The translations under genes were made by a program, and so were the position numbers. A model generated the notes under the pieces. It made no database searches. It saw nothing but the letters and a program-made list of their open reading frames with translations, and was not told where the DNA came from. Positions 58,739-64,000 of a DNA stretch of 64,000 nucleotides are shown here, piece after piece (within the stretch, counting starts at the first letter, position 1; each line of letters opens with the position of its first letter). The stretch is from an uncultured Poribacteria bacterium (GTDB taxonomy: Bacteria; Poribacteria; WGA-4E; WGA-3G). The stretch spans positions 2,407,200 through 2,471,199 of the forward strand of contig OX639973.1 of the NCBI GenBank assembly GCA_951828385.1, in the 5' to 3' direction.

Positions 58739-61303
58739 ATGAAAATCAAGCCCTCTTTTTGCTACAGTTTCCACCTTCTTTTTATGTTTTTCTATCTCAG
58801 TCTTACGCCTGTGCACGCCCAAGACTGGCTCCCTGATCCAGTGTTACGGAAAACGATTCGGGAATCTCTGGGGCTACCGGCAAACACACCGCTGACAAAA
58901 GACCGTATGCAACAACTGATAAGTCTTGATGGAGTTAACAAAGGCATCACGGATCTCCGGGGTTTAGAGTTTGCGACGCACCTAAGAATCCTGCGCTTGG
59001 GAGGTAATGAGAATAACATCACAGATATCCGTCCGCTTGCCAACTTAACAAGTCTTGTAGGGCTTCATATCTGGCGTGTTCGGCGACACGACACGCATCG
59101 GGCACCCCTCGACATCCGTCCGCTTGCCAATCTCGTCAACTTAGAGGTGCTCTCTCTGGAACGACAGGGACTTTCGGATATAAGCGTGCTTGCGAACCTA
59201 ACAAAGCTTCATAAGTTAGCACTGACGCACAACAACATCGTCGACTTTAGCCCGTTAGCAGGATTGACACATCTGCGGACGTTGTGGATAAAAAACAACT
59301 GGGGGACGGATTTGAGTCCACTTGAAGGGTTGAATATTACAGATTTCCGCTATGACGAAGTGTGTGATTTCACACCGGAAGGGGAGTCCGTCACTGCGCG
59401 TGTTGAGAACAGAACATTTCCGTCGATAGTCGCGCTGTTTCCGAAAGGGTCAATAGAGGAGATGACCCGGTATGATTTCTATTATGGCACCCATTTCGGG
59501 TTGTGGTGGAAGCGAACGGAAACCGAGCCGACACACGGCTTAGCGATTCGATTTTCAGGGGATATTGTGCAAGCCAGAGAGCACCGCCAACAGATGCTCC
59601 AACAGAATCCAAATATGTTGTTTTTTCTCGGGGTAGCTTTGCATAACCACAACCCTCCCGTTGCGGCAACGGCTTTTCCAGCAGATTCCGATTTTTGGCT
59701 GCGAGATCGTCAAGGGAATATCATCCAGAATGCGAATGATGCGTGGATGTTCAATATTTTGAACCCAGCGTTACAGAATATGCTGATTGAACGAATTGTA
59801 GGCTTTGCAAAGTGCGGTATTTTTGATGGTGTCCTGTTAGATGAAATGGGAAACTATGGTATTGGCGGATCAGGTCACGCGTTTTACCCGGCAATAACAG
59901 ATGTGCCCTTAACGAAGGAAGCGATTATTGAGGCGCACATCCGAATTCTAAGCGAGGTCCGCGCCCGCGTTCCTGAGGACTTTTTGATCGTCGTCAATGC
60001 TACGAGACACAAAATTCCACTCGTTGCGGCATACATCAATGGTAATGTGATGGAACCGGGTTCGGATTATTCATACAGAGGACTTGCCGAGATTGAAAGC
60101 ACTTTACTTTGGTCTGAGGAACATTTCCGAGAACCGCAGCTGAATTGGGCACAAGGGTTTCTTATCACCTCGGAACCCCCGGAGAGTCCTGGGAACCGTC
60201 AACGAATGCGGCTCTTTACAACGATGGGACTCACACACTCCGATGGCTACATAAACGTCCACTATCATTCACAGAGTTGGCAGCGGTGGGGAGATGTCGC
60301 TGCAAATCACTGGTATGACTTCTATGATGCCGACCTCGGCACGCCGATCGGCGAAACAGCGCAACGCTGCGACGACTGCGAAGGTCTCTTCGTGCGTGAG
60401 TTCACCAACGGGTGGGCGGTCTACAACCGGAGCGGCAAAGCACAGACGATCCAATTGCCCGTCAAAGCCACGGGTGTCGCAAGTGGTATCACAAACACCC
60501 AACATATCGTCCCCGATTTAGATGGTGAGATATATCTGAAACAGGCACCCAGTGTGAATAGCGTTGGCATTGTCACCGTGCTTGCGGTTGCGACCGGGGC
60601 GCCGCAGGAACCCGAATCCGCATGGATGCCGGATGCCGCCTTGCGAGCGGTAGTTCGCGAAGAAATGGGGCTTCCAACACATATCGCTTTGGAAAAATCC
60701 CGTATGCCACAGTTAATCCATGTTGACGGAAACAACAAAGGCATCACAGACCTGACGGGTTTGGAGTTTGCGACGAACCTAAGAAACTTGCACGTGGGGG
60801 GTCATAAGAATCAGATAACCGACCTTCGCCCGCTTGCGAACTTGACGAGCCTCGCGCATCTCTATATCTGGCGGATACCGCCAAACACGCGTCTTGTCGC
60901 ACTTGACATCCGTCCGCTCGCCAATCTTATCAACTTAGAGGCACTCTCACTGGCGGGAAACGGGATTACCGATATAACCCTACTGGCGGGCATGAAGAAG
61001 CTCGGCAAACTCATCCTTACAGATAACCGGATTGAAGACTTTAGTCCGCTGGCTAAACTGATAAGTTTACGAACGTTGAGGATTCGGAACAACCCCGGCA
61101 CAGATTTCAGCCCACTTGCCGCTTTACCCCTTATCGATTTTCGCCTTGATGCCGATGTCAACGCCGATGGATTTGTGAATGTGCTCGACCTTGTTACCGT
61201 CGTCAACGCATTTGGCGAAACTGACCCCGATCTCAATGGCGATGGCGTTGTCAATATTCAGGATTTGGTCATTGTGGCGAACGCCTTCAGAGACCTCCAA
61301 TAA
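58739..61303 (+). CDS. Secreted LRR + GH-like + second LRR + dockerin-like protein
   Basis: Signal peptide, duplicated W.PD..LR LRR module, FDGVLLD...NGNVME, DVNADG.VNVLDLV. Confidence 0.85.
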   Translation: MKIKPSFCYSFHLLFMFFYLSLTPVHAQDWLPDPVLRKTIRESLGLPANTPLTKDRMQQLISLDGVNKGITDLRGLEFATHLRILRLGGNENNITDIRPLANLTSLVGLHIWRVRRHDTHRAPLDIRPLANLVNLEVLSLERQGLSDISVLANLTKLHKLALTHNNIVDFSPLAGLTHLRTLWIKNNWGTDLSPLEGLNITDFRYDEVCDFTPEGESVTARVENRTFPSIVALFPKGSIEEMTRYDFYYGTHFGLWWKRTETEPTHGLAIRFSGDIVQAREHRQQMLQQNPNMLFFLGVALHNHNPPVAATAFPADSDFWLRDRQGNIIQNANDAWMFNILNPALQNMLIERIVGFAKCGIFDGVLLDEMGNYGIGGSGHAFYPAITDVPLTKEAIIEAHIRILSEVRARVPEDFLIVVNATRHKIPLVAAYINGNVMEPGSDYSYRGLAEIESTLLWSEEHFREPQLNWAQGFLITSEPPESPGNRQRMRLFTTMGLTHSDGYINVHYHSQSWQRWGDVAANHWYDFYDADLGTPIGETAQRCDDCEGLFVREFTNGWAVYNRSGKAQTIQLPVKATGVASGITNTQHIVPDLDGEIYLKQAPSVNSVGIVTVLAVATGAPQEPESAWMPDAALRAVVREEMGLPTHIALEKSRMPQLIHVDGNNKGITDLTGLEFATNLRNLHVGGHKNQITDLRPLANLTSLAHLYIWRIPPNTRLVALDIRPLANLINLEALSLAGNGITDITLLAGMKKLGKLILTDNRIEDFSPLAKLISLRTLRIRNNPGTDFSPLAALPLIDFRLDADVNADGFVNVLDLVTVVNAFGETDPDLNGDGVVNIQDLVIVANAFRDLQ

Positions 61304-61407
61304 TCTGAGACAGATAAGTAGATTGTTCAGGCGTTTCCGTACACCGTAGGGGTAATATTGCCTCACAGTAAGAATAGAAACAGCGTATTTAAGCAACTGC
61401 ACCCGGT

Positions 61408-61553
61408 ATGAAGTTTAAGAAAATATTCGGGTAATTCTATAAAGAACAGTTCTCAATCAAGACGGTTCTATTATCCAGCAAATCCTTGAACCCTGTAAAT
61501 CCTGATTCAGACAATGGATACCTACATTACCCGATTAAATTCTTAATCTTCAT
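61408..61553. mobile_element. MITE-like element with 28-bp imperfect IRs, nested in a palindrome
   Basis: ATGAAGTTTAAGAAAATATTCGGGTAAT vs ATTACCCGATTAAATTCTTAATCTTCAT; flanks AAGCAACTGCACCC / GGGTGCTATTGCTT. Confidence 0.65.
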
Positions 61554-61610
61554 TAGGGGTGCTATTGCTTCGCAGTGAGAATGCATAGGTAGCAACTTAT
61601 GTTACTTCTA

Positions 61611-61732
61611 TAGGACTTACGCAATTTTGACTGCAGCCCGTTCTGTTAGATGAGAATTTTCGGAAAACACAGCGTTCTGGTGGCACAAACTGGGAAGTTT
61701 GTGCTACAAAAGAGCAGCATGCGTAAGTCCTA
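61611..61732. mobile_element. 122-bp MITE with TAGGACTTACGCA ends
   Basis: Perfect 13-bp IR; homologue of 44405-44527. Confidence 0.8.
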
Positions 61733-61767
61733 TTCTAATCGAACTCACCTTAAAATTACATAAACAC

Positions 61768-62916
61768 TTACTGACTTGCTTTCACAACAGTGTGTTGCTG
61801 CGGTTGCCCCTCAACAATTTTCAACACGCGGATACCGGCAGCAGGTTTGACAGGATGACGGTTCCCATCAAAGCCGGAAATAGCTGTTGCCCCTTGGTAG
61901 TCAGTAATAGCAGCAATTGCATCCCGAATCATAACTGGGTCTGTTGATTCCGCCTTTTCAATCGCTATTGCCAACAACCTCATGGCATCGTAACCTAACG
62001 GCGCAATACCAATAGACTGATTTTTAAACATTGTTCCATAAGCATCAGTAAAATCCGCAGCAAGTTCATCCGAGATACTACAATAGTAGGAATTTTCGAG
62101 AGGGGTGTTATCCTCTAAAACGTCTAACATCAAGGAATCATCCCAACCATCGCTGCCGATAAAGGTGGACTGAATGCCCATCTCCCGTGCCTGCTTCACT
62201 ATGAGCGGGTTCTCTGGCGGAAAACTTGCGAGAAGCAGCACATCCGGGTTTGCATCTTTGATGATCCCAAGTTGCCCATGAAACATTGTATCGCCTTGTT
62301 CATAGATTTGATTGGCAACAATGCGACCGCCAAGTTCCTTGAAATTCGCATCAAACGCGTTAACGAAACCTTTAGAGTAGACATCCCCGTTCTGCCAAAT
62401 CATCGCTGCAGTTTTCTTTCCGAGGTCGTTCACCACAAAACCTGCCATCACTTTTGCTTGCAAGGCATTTGAATTCGCCACGAGAAAGAGAAAATCTCTC
62501 GGATCATTCCCCGTATTCGTCACGTCGGCACCTGTTGCCCCCACAATGACAGGGATATTGATGACGGGTCCAACTTTAACAGCACTACTTGAAAACATCG
62601 GCCCTAATATAGCGACAACATTTTCCTTTTGAACTAATTCTGTTGCAGAATCAGCAATGCTTCCTGTTTCTACTTTATAGATAAGCTCTACCTGCCTCCC
62701 AAGAACACCGCCTGCCTTGTTGATTTCGGCTAAGGCGAGTTTTGCACCGTCGCCAAAAGTAGCGTAATTTAGCAACGGATGCATCAAACCCACTTTAAGC
62801 ATAGGCATCGGTTCTTCAGCTATTCCGACATCTTCCGCTCTCTCCTGCGCAGAAAGGTAAGCAACTGAGAGGACGAGTAATATGCATAGTGTTAACCTAA
62901 AAATTTTCGGGTTCAT
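61768..62916 (-). CDS. ABC substrate-binding protein, branched-chain amino acid (Liv) family
   Basis: EIN.AGGVLGR, GP.FSS, D.YS.G, GSDGWD, LGYDA, YQGAT. Confidence 0.9.
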   Translation of the reverse strand: MNPKIFRLTLCILLVLSVAYLSAQERAEDVGIAEEPMPMLKVGLMHPLLNYATFGDGAKLALAEINKAGGVLGRQVELIYKVETGSIADSATELVQKENVVAILGPMFSSSAVKVGPVINIPVIVGATGADVTNTGNDPRDFLFLVANSNALQAKVMAGFVVNDLGKKTAAMIWQNGDVYSKGFVNAFDANFKELGGRIVANQIYEQGDTMFHGQLGIIKDANPDVLLLASFPPENPLIVKQAREMGIQSTFIGSDGWDDSLMLDVLEDNTPLENSYYCSISDELAADFTDAYGTMFKNQSIGIAPLGYDAMRLLAIAIEKAESTDPVMIRDAIAAITDYQGATAISGFDGNRHPVKPAAGIRVLKIVEGQPQQHTVVKASQ

Positions 62917-63277
62917 AAAATACTCCTATGTTTTTAGACCAACGCACCGAGGATGAATTGTCCAAAGTTTAATAATATGTGAAAATTATACTAAATTTTG
63001 TTATTTTAATCAATATTAAGAATTCGACCCTCACAGAAAAATGGCTAAAAAATTCAGATAATTTTCATTTTTTTTCAGATTATGCACGTTTTCAACACCC
63101 AAATTACGTCTTTAGAAATCAAGCGATAAAATAATCGTTTTGTTTAACGATTTCGTTCAAGGTTTTGAAGACTTAACATTTGGCGGTAATTAAAGAGGTC
63201 AACGGATTAATACACCACTTTGATACCATACTATGTGTTTTGTCTCAGTCGTATACATAACAAAGGTTATTGTAAAT

Positions 63278-63535
63278 ATGTCTATGAAAACAAACGCACT
63301 TACCACTAAGCTATTCAAACTCCTAATGGGGGTCGGGGTCCTTATATTTTTCGTTACGTGTGTGCTTAGATTTGCTTCCGGACCTGTCGAAGCTGTTAGT
63401 GCAGGTTTAGTTGTGGTCGGCATATTGGTCCTCATGATTATGGAGTCCAAGATCGGTATGATTGTCGTAGGATCGCTGACGGCAGGTAGCGCATCATTCC
63501 TGATCGGACACATGGTCGGAAGACTTTTAGGATGA
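63278..63535 (+). CDS. Small hypothetical membrane protein
   Basis: Three hydrophobic segments; start uncertain (63233, 63278 or 63284). Confidence 0.45.
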   Translation: MSMKTNALTTKLFKLLMGVGVLIFFVTCVLRFASGPVEAVSAGLVVVGILVLMIMESKIGMIVVGSLTAGSASFLIGHMVGRLLG

Positions 63536-64000
63536 AGAAAACACTGATAAAAACCCTCATTATCGTCTCTATACTCGGATTTATTGCTGGATACCTCACA
63601 GCTGCCCTGCCCTGCAATCATTGTGAAATTGTGGTTTTGAAGGTAGGAACCCACAAAATATTGGGTGAACATTACTGGTATTGCCCAAAAAACGATCATT
63701 AGCGAATAGTATACTTATAGGGTGCTATGTCTGTGAAAACCATAGGTGTCAATTTAGGGATTTTGGACGGTGTTTTAGCATAGACGATATAAACATGCCA
63801 CCCTTACAGGGTTGAGTATTTCTTTGAAACGTTCTTCTATAAACATTGTGAAGAAATCCGCAGAAATCCGCAGAAACGCCCTATCAAATACCCCTATAAA
63901 AACCCCAAGCAAATAAACCTTACAGGACTGAAGAGGGGTTTGAAGGAAACCTCAAGGGTTCCGCGGCGTATCTGGTTCGGTTGGGAAACCGTGAAGAAAT

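Noticed and set aside
63700-64000. Possible repeat or mobile element at the window end (CCATAGGTGTCAATTTA end, CAGAAATCCG duplication)
   Set aside because: Truncated by the window edge; boundaries cannot be defined

Overview
Bacterial chromosomal window. The gene repertoire (LamG protein ending V.P.GKL.TTW..IK, dockerin-like/FlgD-tailed secreted proteins, LRR proteins, several PhyH dioxygenases, an ECF sigma factor with a long extracytoplasmic extension, dense GTAG-type palindromes) suggests Candidatus Poribacteria, but this is an inference. In order, it holds: a FtsX/MacB-type ABC exporter operon; a cluster of a DUF4384-like protein, three tandem secreted caspase(C14)-PEGA-FGE/CLec paralogues (two hit by different mobile elements) and an NPCBM-zincin protease; a dispersed glycogen cluster (glgB, atypical glycogen synthase, glgP, glgC) interrupted by a PIN toxin-antitoxin pair, PhyH paralogues, an ISKra4-like IS and hisB; dtd, uxuA, a methylase remnant, an Rpn-like nuclease and a ThDP decarboxylase; vWA/TPR and sugar-isomerase genes; an intact IS200/IS605 (tnpA+tnpB); an ECF-sigma/LRR/glycosidase-like fusion followed by two secreted paralogues; and a Liv-type binding protein. 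The two strongest candidates for undescribed systems are (1) the exported caspase array with variable lectin-fold tips and a partner carrying a repeated RG-FQP motif, and (2) the ECF sigma whose outer domain looks like a catalytically disabled copy of the neighbouring enzymes. No rRNA, tRNA or CRISPR array was recognised; one solitary CRISPR-like repeat was. All domain calls come from motif recognition by eye, not from database searches.
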